Below are positions 38,262-47,805 of a DNA stretch of 64,000 nt, in pieces (within the stretch, counting starts at the first letter, position 1; every line of letters begins with the position of its first letter). Below the pieces are notes generated by a model. It searched no databases. It had not been told where the DNA came from and saw only the letters and a list, made by a program, of their open reading frames with translations. Source of the stretch: Phaeovulum sp. (GTDB lineage Bacteria > Pseudomonadota > Alphaproteobacteria > Rhodobacterales > Rhodobacteraceae); contig NZ_JAUXPI010000030.1 in NCBI RefSeq assembly GCF_030684035.1, forward strand, positions 8,239-72,238. Direction: 5' to 3'. The position numbers and the translations under genes are program-made.

Positions 38262-38376
38262 CTCGTGGCCCTCCAGACAGGAAAACCGCCGCCGCGCCCG
38301 CGAGCTATAGCCGCCCCGAAGGCGGTAGCGCCACGGTGGGCATAGCACCGATACGCGAGGCGGGCGATGACCTGAA

Positions 38377-39558
38377 TCAACGCCCGCGCAAATCCTTCGC
38401 CGCCGGGAAAAGCGCGCCGCCGCGCCAGACCGCCATCGGGCGCTGCGCGGCATCAAGATACACCAGATCGGCGCGGGCACCGGGGGCCAGATGCCCACGA
38501 TCCGAAAGCCGCAGAAACTGCGCCGGGAAAAGCGAGGCCATGCGCAGCGCCTCGGCCTCGCCCTGCTCCAGCGGCCCCGCCGCAAAGCGCACCGCGCTTG
38601 CCATATCAAGGTCAGACCCGGCCAGCGTGCCATCGGCCAGCGTCAGCCGCGAGACCCCACCCACGCTTTCGCGGCGTATCTTGCGCCCGTCGAGGGTCAG
38701 GCTCTTGCCCGCCGTGCCCACCAGCGACATCGCATCGGTGACCAGAAAAAGCCGCCCCGGCCCGCGCTTGGCTCGAAGCGCAATACGCAAGGAAGCCGGG
38801 TCCACATGCGCGCCATCGGCGATGATGCCACCCCAGGCGGTGCCGGTGTCAAGCGCCGCACCGACCAGCCCCGGCGCGCGGTGGCCGAGCCCGCTCATCG
38901 CGTTGAAAAGGTGGGTGACACCGCGCGCACCAGCGGCGAAATAGCGCTGCGCGGTGGCCATGTCGCAATCGGTATGGCCAAGGCAAACCACCGCCCCCGC
39001 CGCCGCCAGCCGCGCCACCTGCGCCAGGCTTACCTGTTCGGGTGCCACGGTCAGCAGCAGCACCGGCAGCGCCGCAACCGCCGCCATGAGTTCGGCTTCG
39101 TCCGCGGCGGTCATCGGGCGCAAATGCGCGGGCAGATGCGTGCCCTTGCGTGCGGGCGCAAGATGTGGGCCCTCCAGATGCAACCCTGCCACCCCCTGCC
39201 CCGCCGCCACCGCCTGAACCGCCGCCGCAATCGCCGCAGTGACTGCCGCAGGCCGATCAGAGATGAGCGTGGGCAACAGGCTCGTGGTGCCGAACGCGGC
39301 ATGCGCATCGGCAATCTGCTGCATTGCCGTTGCGGTTGGCGCGTCGTTCAACAGCACCCCGCCGCCGCCATTCACCTGCGCATCGACAAAGCCCGGCGCG
39401 ATCAGCCCGCCTGCGAGCCGGGTGATCCTTGCGCCAAGGGGAACCGCCGCCTCGGCGCAGATTTCCGCCACCTGGCCGCCACCCAGCACCAGCGCCGCGC
39501 CCGCGTGATACTCCGTGCCATCAAAGATGCGCGCCCCGATCAGCGCCTGCATCCCCAT
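38377..39558 (-). CDS. nagA: N-acetylglucosamine-6-phosphate deacetylase
   Basis: 393 aa with GFVDAQVNGGGGVLLND, plus the HLEGP and THLFNAM motifs. Confidence 0.9.
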   Translation of the reverse strand: MGMQALIGARIFDGTEYHAGAALVLGGGQVAEICAEAAVPLGARITRLAGGLIAPGFVDAQVNGGGGVLLNDAPTATAMQQIADAHAAFGTTSLLPTLISDRPAAVTAAIAAAVQAVAAGQGVAGLHLEGPHLAPARKGTHLPAHLRPMTAADEAELMAAVAALPVLLLTVAPEQVSLAQVARLAAAGAVVCLGHTDCDMATAQRYFAAGARGVTHLFNAMSGLGHRAPGLVGAALDTGTAWGGIIADGAHVDPASLRIALRAKRGPGRLFLVTDAMSLVGTAGKSLTLDGRKIRRESVGGVSRLTLADGTLAGSDLDMASAVRFAAGPLEQGEAEALRMASLFPAQFLRLSDRGHLAPGARADLVYLDAAQRPMAVWRGGALFPAAKDLRGR

Positions 39559-40586
39559 CAGAGCGTCTCCGTGACCTTGGCAAGGTTGGCCGGGCGGTCG
39601 GGATCATGGCCGCGGGCGCGGGCGACCGCCTCGATCAGCCGGTAATAATGCAGCAAGGCCACCAGCGGATCGAGCAGACCGCTGCCACAGCTCGGCAGCA
39701 CGTCGGCACCCGCGATCGGCCGCGACGACAGTGCGAATGTGCGCGCGCCCATGCCCCGCAACCGCGCGAGGGTTTGCTGGTTGCCGTCGAAGCCCGCATC
39801 ATCGGGCACGAAGGCCAGCACCGGAAAACCCGGACCGACCAGACGCATCGGCCCGTGCTGCAATTCGGCCAGCGAAAACGCCTCGGCATGCAGCGCCGCG
39901 GTTTCCTTGGCCTTCAACGCCGCTTCGAGCGCGATGCCATACCCCGGCCCCCGCCCGGCGACAAACAGCGAAGACGCGCCGGTAAGCACCTTGACCGCAT
40001 CGCCAAATTCCAGCCCCTCGGTCGCCGCCAGTGCATCGGGCAGGCGCGCGAGGCCCCGCGCCAGCGCGGTGGAACCGCCAACTGCGGTCACCACCCCCGC
40101 CAGCGCCGCCACCGAGGCGATGAAGGATTTGGTCGCGGCAATGCTGCGCTCCTCGCCCGCGCCAAGGCCGATCACGATATCGGCCGCCGCCGCCACCGGG
40201 CTTTCGGTCACATTCACCACCGCCACGGTCAGCGCCCCGCCGGCTTTTGCCGCAGCCTGCAATGCGACGATATCGGGGCTGGCACCCGATTGCGAAATGG
40301 TCACATGCACCGCGCCCTCAAGATGCAGTGGCCGGTGATAGACCGAGGCGACCGACGGCCCGATTGAAACCACCGGCAGCCCGGTTTCGATTTCCATGAG
40401 ATATTTGAACACCGTCGCCGCATGGTCGGATGAGCCCCGCGCGGCGGTTGAAAAGAGCCGCAGCCCGCGCGCCGAAACCGCCCGCGCCAAAGCCGCAAAG
40501 GCCGGTGCCTCGCGCGCCAGCATTTCCGCCACAACCTGCGGTGCCTGCCCGGCTTCGTGCAACATCAGGGATTTCGGCTTGCTCAT
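39558..40586 (-). CDS. SIS-domain sugar-phosphate deaminase/isomerase (NagB-II / AgaS-like glucosamine-6-P deaminase)
   Basis: 342 aa with two SIS repeats (ARGSSDHAA..., VAGRGPGYGIALEAALKAKE). Its stop shares one base with the nagA start. Confidence 0.85.
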   Translation of the reverse strand: MSKPKSLMLHEAGQAPQVVAEMLAREAPAFAALARAVSARGLRLFSTAARGSSDHAATVFKYLMEIETGLPVVSIGPSVASVYHRPLHLEGAVHVTISQSGASPDIVALQAAAKAGGALTVAVVNVTESPVAAAADIVIGLGAGEERSIAATKSFIASVAALAGVVTAVGGSTALARGLARLPDALAATEGLEFGDAVKVLTGASSLFVAGRGPGYGIALEAALKAKETAALHAEAFSLAELQHGPMRLVGPGFPVLAFVPDDAGFDGNQQTLARLRGMGARTFALSSRPIAGADVLPSCGSGLLDPLVALLHYYRLIEAVARARGHDPDRPANLAKVTETL

Positions 40587-40599
40587 CGGGCCTCCTGGT

Positions 40600-41376
40600 T
40601 CAGGGTTCCAGCGTCAGTTCGGCAATGAAATCATAGCGGTCGCCGCGATAGGAAGAGGTCGTTACCTCGATCGGGCGGCCATTGGCCAAGAACGCGCGCC
40701 GTTCGATATGCAACACCGGGCTGCCAAGCGGTACCCCCAAAAGCTGCGCCTCCTGCGCGTTGGCTACCGCCGCGCGCAGCCGCTGCAATGCCCGCACCGG
40801 CATATGCCCCGAGGCCCTGAGCGCCTCATAGAGCGATTCACCCATGTTTTCCGGCACAATCGCGTCGGCGGGCACTATGGCGTTTTCAATCGCCAGCGGC
40901 TCGCCATCCGACAGTCGCACCCGCGCAAGGCGAAACACCAGATCGCTGGGTGAAAGCCCAAGCTTGAGCAGATCGGATGGGTCGGGGGAACAGACGAGCT
41001 TTTGCAGAATGCGCGACGAAACCGTAGCCCCGCGCCGCTTCATGTCTTCGGAAAACCCGACCAGCACCGACAGCGGCTGGTCGATCTGCCGGGTCACGAA
41101 ACTGCCCGCCCCGTGACGCCGCGCCACGATGCCTTCGCGGCAAAGCGCATCGGTCGCCTTGCGCACGGTAACCCGCGAAAGCCGGGTGGCGCGCACCAGT
41201 TCGCGCTCGGACGGCATCGCTTCGCCACCGCGCAACTCGCCCGCCTCGATCAGCCCGCGCAGGCCCGCGGCCAGCCTCAGGTAAAGCGGCGAGGGCGCAT
41301 CGCCGCGCAGCCCCTCGACCAGTCGCGCCAGAAGCGGTTGCAGGGGCGTGGCGGCCGGGGCGGCGGGCCGGTTCAT
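40600..41376 (-). CDS. GntR/HutC-family regulator with UTRA effector domain (NagR/NagQ-like)
   Basis: Track ORF trimmed to MNRPAAPAATPL... It has the winged HTH MPSERELVRATRLSRVTVRKATDAL and a UTRA-like C-terminal part. ATGA overlap with the upstream permease stop. Confidence 0.85.
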   Translation of the reverse strand: MNRPAAPAATPLQPLLARLVEGLRGDAPSPLYLRLAAGLRGLIEAGELRGGEAMPSERELVRATRLSRVTVRKATDALCREGIVARRHGAGSFVTRQIDQPLSVLVGFSEDMKRRGATVSSRILQKLVCSPDPSDLLKLGLSPSDLVFRLARVRLSDGEPLAIENAIVPADAIVPENMGESLYEALRASGHMPVRALQRLRAAVANAQEAQLLGVPLGSPVLHIERRAFLANGRPIEVTTSSYRGDRYDFIAELTLEP

Positions 41377-42212
41377 TGCGCCACCGCCTCGGCATCGCGC
41401 AGCCGCGGGTCCAGCGTATCGCGCAGGGCATCGCCCAGAAGGTTGAAGCCGAACGACAAAAGCAGGATCGCGATCCCGGCAAACACCGCAGGCCAGGGTG
41501 AGAGCAACAGGAAGTTGCGCCCCTCCGACAGCATCAGCCCAAGCGACGGCGTCGGCGGCTGCGCCCCGAGCCCGAGGAAGGAAAGCGAGGCCTCGACCAG
41601 AATCGCGGCCGAAAGCAGGATCGAGGTCTGCACGAGGATCACCGAAACCAGGTTCGGTAGAATATGGCTGCCGATGATCCGCAGATCCGAAGCACCGACG
41701 GCCCGCGCCCCCAATACATATTCCGCCTCGCACAGCACCAGCGCAGGGCCACGCAGCAGCCGCGCGAAGATCGGTGTATAGACAATGGCAATCGCGATGG
41801 CCGCGCTCCAGGCATTGGGGCCGAGCACTGAAATGACACCGATGGCGAGCAGCAGGATCGGGAAGGCAAACAGCACATCCATCGTGCGCATCACGATGCG
41901 GTCGAACCAGCCCCGGTAATAGGCCGCGAGCAGGCCGATGGTGCCGCCCGCCAGCAGCGCCAGGCTGACCGCGGTGGCGGTGGAAAACAGCGAGGTGCGC
42001 GCCCCCCAGACAATGCGCGCCAGCACATCGCGGCCCAACTGGTCGGTGCCCAGCCAGTTGACCTCGTTCGGGGCCTTGATGCGCTGCGACATGATCTGCC
42101 TGAACGGGTCCTGAAACCCAAGCCAGGGTGCCGCCAGCGCCAGCACCACCTGCACCACCACGAAGGCGAGCGCGAAAGCGAGAAGCTTGTTCTGACGAAG
42201 GCTGTGCATCAA
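41373..42212 (-). CDS. ABC permease, peptide/opine/nickel (DppC-like) family
   Basis: 279 aa polytopic protein with an EAA-like loop (ARAVGASDLRIIGSHILPN). Confidence 0.9.
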   Translation of the reverse strand: MMHSLRQNKLLAFALAFVVVQVVLALAAPWLGFQDPFRQIMSQRIKAPNEVNWLGTDQLGRDVLARIVWGARTSLFSTATAVSLALLAGGTIGLLAAYYRGWFDRIVMRTMDVLFAFPILLLAIGVISVLGPNAWSAAIAIAIVYTPIFARLLRGPALVLCEAEYVLGARAVGASDLRIIGSHILPNLVSVILVQTSILLSAAILVEASLSFLGLGAQPPTPSLGLMLSEGRNFLLLSPWPAVFAGIAILLLSFGFNLLGDALRDTLDPRLRDAEAVAQ

Positions 42213-43159
42213 TTCGTCACCCGCGGGTCGATGGCCGCATAAAGCAGGTCAACCGCGAAGTTGACGAGCACGAAGGTGGCGGTAATCACCAGAATTGTCG
42301 CCTGCACCAGCGGGTAGTTGCGCTCCGAGATCGCCCCCAGCACCAGCCGCCCGAGGCCGGGAATGGCAAAAACCTGTTCAACCACGATGGCACCGCCCAA
42401 GAGATAGCCAACCGACACACCGACCGAGGTGACGAAGGGAATGAGCGCATTGCGCAGCGCATGGCGATAGACCACCCGGCGACGGCTGGCTCCCTTGGCG
42501 CGCGCCGTGCGCACATAATCCTGCCCGAGCGCATCAAGCATGGCCGAGCGCACGAGCCGCGAAAGATTGGCCAGCATCGGCAGGCTGAGCGCGATCACCG
42601 GCAGCACCATGCGCTGCAAGTTGCCCAAGGGGTTGTCGGTGAAGGGCACATAGCCGAGCGCCGAGACCCCCGGCAGCAGTTTTGCCACCAGAAAGATCGA
42701 CACGATGCCGAGCCAGAATGAGGGAATGGTCAACCCGGCAATCGCGCCGATGCGCACCGCAACCTCGGCCGCCCCGCCGCGGGCCTGCGCCATGAAAGCA
42801 CCGATCGGCACCGAAAGCCCGGCCCCCACCAGAACCGAGAGCGCGGTCAGCTCGACCGTCGGCCAGATCGCCGAGGCGATCTCGCCCAGAACCGGGCGGC
42901 CGGTCCAGATCGAGGTGCCAAGATCGCCCTGCACGACGCCCCAGAGCCAGTGCCCGTATTGCACCAGAAGCGGGTCATCAAGCCCCAGCCGGTCGCGCAA
43001 TTCGGCGATCCGGTCAGGGGTGATTTCGGTATTGGCCCCCAGCATGATCGCCACCGCATCGCCCGGAATCAGGCGGATCATCAGGAACACGATGATCGAA
43101 ACCCCGAAGAGCACGAAGCAAAGGTCGATGAAGCGGCCAATGAGGAAGCGCGTGTTCAA
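42209..43159 (-). CDS. ABC permease, peptide/opine/nickel (DppB-like) family
   Basis: Polytopic, with RTARAKGASRRRVVYRHALRNAL. The start is uncertain. TTG 43159 (MNTRFLIGRF...) was chosen because AGGA lies upstream. GTG 43219, overlapping the SBP stop, is the alternative. Confidence 0.8.
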   Translation of the reverse strand: MNTRFLIGRFIDLCFVLFGVSIIVFLMIRLIPGDAVAIMLGANTEITPDRIAELRDRLGLDDPLLVQYGHWLWGVVQGDLGTSIWTGRPVLGEIASAIWPTVELTALSVLVGAGLSVPIGAFMAQARGGAAEVAVRIGAIAGLTIPSFWLGIVSIFLVAKLLPGVSALGYVPFTDNPLGNLQRMVLPVIALSLPMLANLSRLVRSAMLDALGQDYVRTARAKGASRRRVVYRHALRNALIPFVTSVGVSVGYLLGGAIVVEQVFAIPGLGRLVLGAISERNYPLVQATILVITATFVLVNFAVDLLYAAIDPRVTN

Positions 43160-43215
43160 GACTTCAGATCCTGGGCGAGAGACCCCGGCGGGCGCGGGCC
43201 CGCCGGGGCAAGGGG

Positions 43216-44715
43216 TCACTCGGAAAGGGTGACGTTGACAAGGCTGGTCAGACGCCCGAGCGGGTTGATCTCGAAGCCCGAGACCTTCGGACCGACCGCG
43301 GTCGAAAGGCTGCCATAGGCGATATGCGCAATCGGCCCGGTGCAGGCGAGCTGCATCTGCGCCGCGTCATAGGCGGCCTTGCGCGCTGCCGGGTCGGTGA
43401 CATTGCGCCCGGCATCGAGCAGGGCGTTCAGCCCGGCGTCATCATATTTGAAGACGTTGGTCGAGCCACCCGAGTAGAAGGTGCGGTAGAAATACTGGTC
43501 GGGGTCCACCGAGCCGCCGTTCGCCGACACGAACATGTCGAACTCGGAATTGCGCCAGTCCTGCACGAACTGCCCGATCTCCTGGTTGACCAGCTCCACC
43601 GCAAAGCCGCCCGCCGCCAGTTGCTGCTGCACCACCTGCGCAATGTCGCGGGTATCCTGCCGCGGCAGCACCTTCATCACGATCTTGACCGGGCCGGTCA
43701 CGCCTGCGGCAGCCAGAAGTGCCTTGGCCCCTTCTACGTTCTGCGTGTAGCAGGCGAAATCCGAGGTCGGCAGCGCCCAATCGACCAGCGCCGGAGAAAG
43801 CGGCCCGCCGGGCACACCAGCGCCAAAAAGCGCGCCGTCGATGATTTCCTGACGATCAAGCAGCATGTTCACCGCTTCGCGCACGCGCGGGTCGCCCAAG
43901 GGGCCGCGCGTGGTATTCATGCCGACCAGCGTGTAGCCAAGATCGCGGGTCTGATGCACGGTGATGCCCGGCTGCCCGGTCAGTTGCAGCGCGGTTGCGG
44001 GGTCGATCGAGGGCAGCATGTCGTATTCGCCGCTGGCAAGCCCCACCTGACGGGTCGCCGCCTCGGGCACGAAGTGGAACTTGACCATATCCACCTGCGG
44101 TTTGCCCGCAACCCGGTAGCCGTCGAACTTCACCAGCGAAATGAAGCCGTTCGGCTGCCATTCGGCAAACTTGAACGGGCCGGTGCCAACCGGCACCTGT
44201 TGCAGGGCTTCCTTGTTGGTCTCGGCCTCTGCCGGCACAATGGCAATACCCGCCAGCGACGACAGGAGCGGCGCGAAGGGCGCGCTGAGCGTGAATTCGA
44301 TGGTCATCGGGTCGATCACCCGGATGCCGGTGATCGGGGAAATCCGGCTTGCCAGCGGCGAGGCGATTTCCGGCGACTGCACCCGGCGGATCGAGGCGGC
44401 AACGTCTTCCGCGTCAAAGCCGGTGCCGTCGTGGAAGGTCACGCCGGAAGCGAGCTTGAAGGTATAGGTCAGACCGTCGGCCGAGATTTCCCAGCTGTCG
44501 GCAAGGCTGGGCACCACTTGCAGCCCTGCGGTGGTGTCGGTCAGCCCTTGGTAGATGTTCGACTGCACGATCAGCACCGAGTTGAAGGCGGTGACCAGAT
44601 GCGGGTCGAGCCCGGCGGGCGAGGTATCCATCGCCACATCGAGCGTTGCCGCCGAGGCGGCACCGGTCAGAAAAGAGGTCGCCAGCAGCGCGACCGCGAG
44701 CCTATGCTTAGCCAT
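43216..44715 (-). CDS. ABC substrate-binding protein, family 5 (DppA/OppA-like)
   Basis: 499 aa with the signal peptide MAKHRLAVALLATSFLTGAASA and a family-5 SBP pattern. Confidence 0.9.
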   Translation of the reverse strand: MAKHRLAVALLATSFLTGAASAATLDVAMDTSPAGLDPHLVTAFNSVLIVQSNIYQGLTDTTAGLQVVPSLADSWEISADGLTYTFKLASGVTFHDGTGFDAEDVAASIRRVQSPEIASPLASRISPITGIRVIDPMTIEFTLSAPFAPLLSSLAGIAIVPAEAETNKEALQQVPVGTGPFKFAEWQPNGFISLVKFDGYRVAGKPQVDMVKFHFVPEAATRQVGLASGEYDMLPSIDPATALQLTGQPGITVHQTRDLGYTLVGMNTTRGPLGDPRVREAVNMLLDRQEIIDGALFGAGVPGGPLSPALVDWALPTSDFACYTQNVEGAKALLAAAGVTGPVKIVMKVLPRQDTRDIAQVVQQQLAAGGFAVELVNQEIGQFVQDWRNSEFDMFVSANGGSVDPDQYFYRTFYSGGSTNVFKYDDAGLNALLDAGRNVTDPAARKAAYDAAQMQLACTGPIAHIAYGSLSTAVGPKVSGFEINPLGRLTSLVNVTLSE

Positions 44716-44917
44716 GTTTCTCCCACCCTGTAAGGCACCAGACCCGCGCGGTAGCGCCGCCTGGGTCTCTGTGCCGAGCCAATTGATAAGTCCAGTTTGT
44801 TACCACCCTAGACATTTGGAACGGTATGGTATTAGAAATCGTCTGACAAGGGGCAGCTTCAGGCACCCGCATTCGACCCCGCCACCCCCCGCGCCCGGCG
44901 CGCCTTGGGAGCCAGAG
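44716..44917. promoter_or_regulatory. Divergent promoter/operator region of the amino-sugar salvage divergon
   Basis: 202-bp gap between the SBP (-) and the ATPase (+). It contains an AT-richer core (AATTGATAAGTCCAGTTTGTTACCACCCTAGACATTTGGAACGGTATGGTATTAGAAATCGTCTGACA) with a GGTAT tandem and CTAGAC/GTCTGA half-sites, plus a GC hairpin at 44741-44769. Confidence 0.5.
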
Positions 44918-45871
44918 ATGACGGACACGCCCCTGCTTTCCATCGAGCGATTGCATGTAGATGCCGGGGCGAAGGCGGTGGTCGAAGACCTGTCGCTGAC
45001 GATCGCAGTGGGGGAAATGCTCGGCCTGGTTGGCGAATCGGGCTGCGGCAAGTCGGTCACTGCGCTCAGCATCATGCGGCTTCTGGCAACGCCGCCGATG
45101 CACATCCGCACAGGCTCGGTGCATTTTGCCGGGCGCGACGTGCTGGTGCTTTCGGAAACCGAACTCGAGGATCTGCGCGGCGACGATATCGCAATGATCT
45201 TTCAAGAGCCGATGACCTCGCTCAACCCGGTGTTCAGTGTCGGCGACCAGATTGCCGAATCGCTGCGGCTGCACCGTGGCGCGGGCCGGACCGAGGCAAT
45301 GGCCGCCGCTTCCGAGCTTCTCGCCCTTGTCGGCATCGCCGCGCCGAATGAGGCGGTTCGGCGCTACCCGCACCAGCTTTCCGGCGGGCAGCGGCAGCGG
45401 GTGATGATCGCGATGGCGCTCGCCTGTGAGCCGAAGCTGTTGATCGCCGATGAACCCACCACCGCGCTTGATGTGACCGTGCAGGCGCAGATCCTTGATC
45501 TTCTTGATGATTTGCGCCGCAAACGCGGCATGGCGGTGCTGCTCATCACGCATGACCTTGGCGTGGTGTCGCAATACTGCGACCGGGTGGCGGTGATGTA
45601 TGGCGGCAGAATCGTTGAAACCGCCCCGGCGGACGAACTTTTTGCCCGGCCCCGCCACCGCTACACGGCGGCGCTGCTGGCCACCATCCCCGCCGCCAAC
45701 CCGCCCGGAACCGAACTTCCCGCGATTGCGGGCAGCGTGCCGCCGCCGGGGGCGCGCCCGGCAGGCTGCGCCTTTGCGCCGCGCTGCGCCGCTGCCATAA
45801 CGCGCTGCGCCACCGAGATGCCCGCGCTTGCGGGCGGCACCCACCAATTTCGCTGCTGGAACCCCGCATGA
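44918..45871 (+). CDS. ABC ATP-binding protein (DppD/OppD-like)
   Basis: Track ORF trimmed to MTDTPLLSIERLHV, with Walker [21 protein letters not shown] and LLIADEPTT. Confidence 0.9.
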   Translation: MTDTPLLSIERLHVDAGAKAVVEDLSLTIAVGEMLGLVGESGCGKSVTALSIMRLLATPPMHIRTGSVHFAGRDVLVLSETELEDLRGDDIAMIFQEPMTSLNPVFSVGDQIAESLRLHRGAGRTEAMAAASELLALVGIAAPNEAVRRYPHQLSGGQRQRVMIAMALACEPKLLIADEPTTALDVTVQAQILDLLDDLRRKRGMAVLLITHDLGVVSQYCDRVAVMYGGRIVETAPADELFARPRHRYTAALLATIPAANPPGTELPAIAGSVPPPGARPAGCAFAPRCAAAITRCATEMPALAGGTHQFRCWNPA

Positions 45872-46812
45872 TTTTGCTTGAAACCCGCAATCTTTCCAAG
45901 ACCTACGCCGGGGCGCGCGGTGCACGGGTGCAGGCGGTCTCGGAGGTCTCGCTCCGCCTCGACGCGGGCGAGGTGCTTGGCGTGGTGGGCGAATCCGGCT
46001 GCGGCAAGTCCACGCTCGGACGCACCATTCTGCGGCTGACCGAGCCGACCTCGGGGCAGATCCTGTTCAAGGGCCAAGATATCACGGCGCTCAGCCTGCG
46101 TGCCATGAAACCCCTTCGGCGCGATATGCAGATCATCTTTCAAGACCCTTTCGGCGCGCTGAACCCGCGCCACAAGGTCGGCCATATTCTGGCCGAACCG
46201 CTGATCGTGCAGCGTGTGGGCGATGCGGAAAGCCGCCGCGCGCGGGTGCTGGAACTGCTTGACCTCGTCGGTCTGCCGCCCGAAGCCGCAGCGCTTTACC
46301 CGCACGAATTTTCCGGCGGCCAGCGCCAGCGCATTGCCATAGCGCGCGCGCTTGCGCTCGATCCGGCGCTGATCGTCGCGGATGAGGCGGTAAGCGCGCT
46401 CGATGTCTCGATCCAGAGCCAGATCATCAACCTGATCGCCGCCTTGCGCCGCCGCCTCGGGCTTGCCATCTTGTTCATCAGCCATGATCTTTCGGTCATC
46501 CGCCATGTCTCGGACCGGATCGCGGTGATGTATCTGGGGCGAATCGTCGAAATGGGGCCGACCGAAGCCATCATGGCAGCACCGCAGCACCCCTACACGC
46601 GGGCGCTTCTCTCGGCGATCCCGCGCGCCGGGGTTGAACGCGGCCAGCGCATCGTGCTGCAAGGCGAGGTGCCAGACCCGGCGCACCCGCCCGCGGGCTG
46701 CGCCTTTCACAGCCGGTGCACGCAGGCAATGGATATCTGCAAGCTGGAGCGCCCGCCGCTTCTGCGCCACGCGACAGCACCGCAGGAGGTTGCATGCCAC
46801 CTCTTTCCGTGA
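45868..46812 (+). CDS. ABC ATP-binding protein (DppF/OppF-like)
   Basis: [24 protein letters not shown], and the C-terminal oligopeptide-type extension [11 protein letters not shown]. 4-nt overlap with the upstream gene. Confidence 0.9.
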   Translation: MILLETRNLSKTYAGARGARVQAVSEVSLRLDAGEVLGVVGESGCGKSTLGRTILRLTEPTSGQILFKGQDITALSLRAMKPLRRDMQIIFQDPFGALNPRHKVGHILAEPLIVQRVGDAESRRARVLELLDLVGLPPEAAALYPHEFSGGQRQRIAIARALALDPALIVADEAVSALDVSIQSQIINLIAALRRRLGLAILFISHDLSVIRHVSDRIAVMYLGRIVEMGPTEAIMAAPQHPYTRALLSAIPRAGVERGQRIVLQGEVPDPAHPPAGCAFHSRCTQAMDICKLERPPLLRHATAPQEVACHLFP

Positions 46813-47804
46813 CCCAACGCGCGGCGCGCGCCTTTGTGCCGGTTCGGGCGGCGATTTACGCTGGCCGAATTCCGGGCGCGGTGCTCGGGCTGTTGGGGCG
46901 TGACGGCCGCGCGGTGATCGCCGGCGGGGTGGCGCAAAAGGTGCCGCTTGCGCGCCCGATGACCGAGGGCACATGGTTCGACCTTGCCTCGCTTACCAAG
47001 GTGCTTTTCACCACGCCGCGGATACTGGCGCTGGCCGAAGCCGGGCATATCGACCTTGACGGTCCGCTGACCCAGCTTCTGCCCGACCTGCGCCAATATG
47101 ACCCGGCGGCATGGGAAAGGCGCGTAAGCTTTCGCCAATGCCTCGGGCATCTGACCGCTTTCCCCGCCGTGGTGCCGATCTACACCTATGGCCGCGACCC
47201 GGAGCTGCTGCGCGCCTGGGTGCTCCAGCACGAATGGATCGCCGGTCCACCGGTCTATTCCGACATCAACTTCATCCTCTTGGGGCTTGCTTTGGAACGG
47301 TTTTTCGGAATGCCGATCCGCACCATGGCAGCCGGCACCGGGTTTTCCTGGGCGGCGGACCCGGCCGTGAGTGCCGCCACTGAGGATTGCACTTGGCGTG
47401 GCCGCGTGCTTTCGGGCGAAGTGCATGACGATAATACCTCGGCGCTACAGGGCGCGGGCCACGCCGGGCTTTTCGGCACTGCGGACGGGCTGCTTGACCA
47501 TGCCGAGGGCCTGCTAAGCGGCTCCGGCGCGTCGGGATTCGTGATCCGCCACATCCGCGCGCCGCTTTCCGACAGCCGCACCCATGGCTGGCAGCGCGCG
47601 CATTCCGGTTGGTCGGGTGGCGATGCGGCACCGGCCGAGACGATCGGCCACACCGGATTCACCGGCACCGGGCTTTGGCTCGACTTTGCAGCCGGGCGCG
47701 CCTGGTGCCTTTTGACCAACCGTATCCACCCGACCCGGCATTTCGACAGCGGCATCGCCGAGCTGCGCCGTGCCGTGGGCGATGCGGTCTGCGCGGAGGC
47801 ATGA
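46794..47804 (+). CDS. Beta-lactamase/PBP-fold serine hydrolase (candidate muropeptide amidase/peptidase)
   Basis: Trimmed to ATG 46794, preceded by AGGAGG. The S-x-x-K active-site motif is [11 protein letters not shown]. It lies directly upstream of anmK-murQ. Confidence 0.8.
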   Translation: MPPLSVTQRAARAFVPVRAAIYAGRIPGAVLGLLGRDGRAVIAGGVAQKVPLARPMTEGTWFDLASLTKVLFTTPRILALAEAGHIDLDGPLTQLLPDLRQYDPAAWERRVSFRQCLGHLTAFPAVVPIYTYGRDPELLRAWVLQHEWIAGPPVYSDINFILLGLALERFFGMPIRTMAAGTGFSWAADPAVSAATEDCTWRGRVLSGEVHDDNTSALQGAGHAGLFGTADGLLDHAEGLLSGSGASGFVIRHIRAPLSDSRTHGWQRAHSGWSGGDAAPAETIGHTGFTGTGLWLDFAAGRAWCLLTNRIHPTRHFDSGIAELRRAVGDAVCAEA

Positions 47805-47805
47805 G

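Noticed and set aside
38262-38376. PhaR-type operator (CTGC-N3-GCAG) upstream of the phasin-like gene.
   Set aside because: I could not find the motif in this spacer. Only a CCGCC-loop-GGCGG hairpin, probably the end of the nagA transcript, is visible.
46794-47804. Beta-lactamase-family gene as an antibiotic-resistance determinant.
   Set aside because: No signal peptide is seen, and the gene is translationally embedded in the anmK-murQ operon. A cytoplasmic cell-wall-recycling hydrolase is far more consistent with this context.
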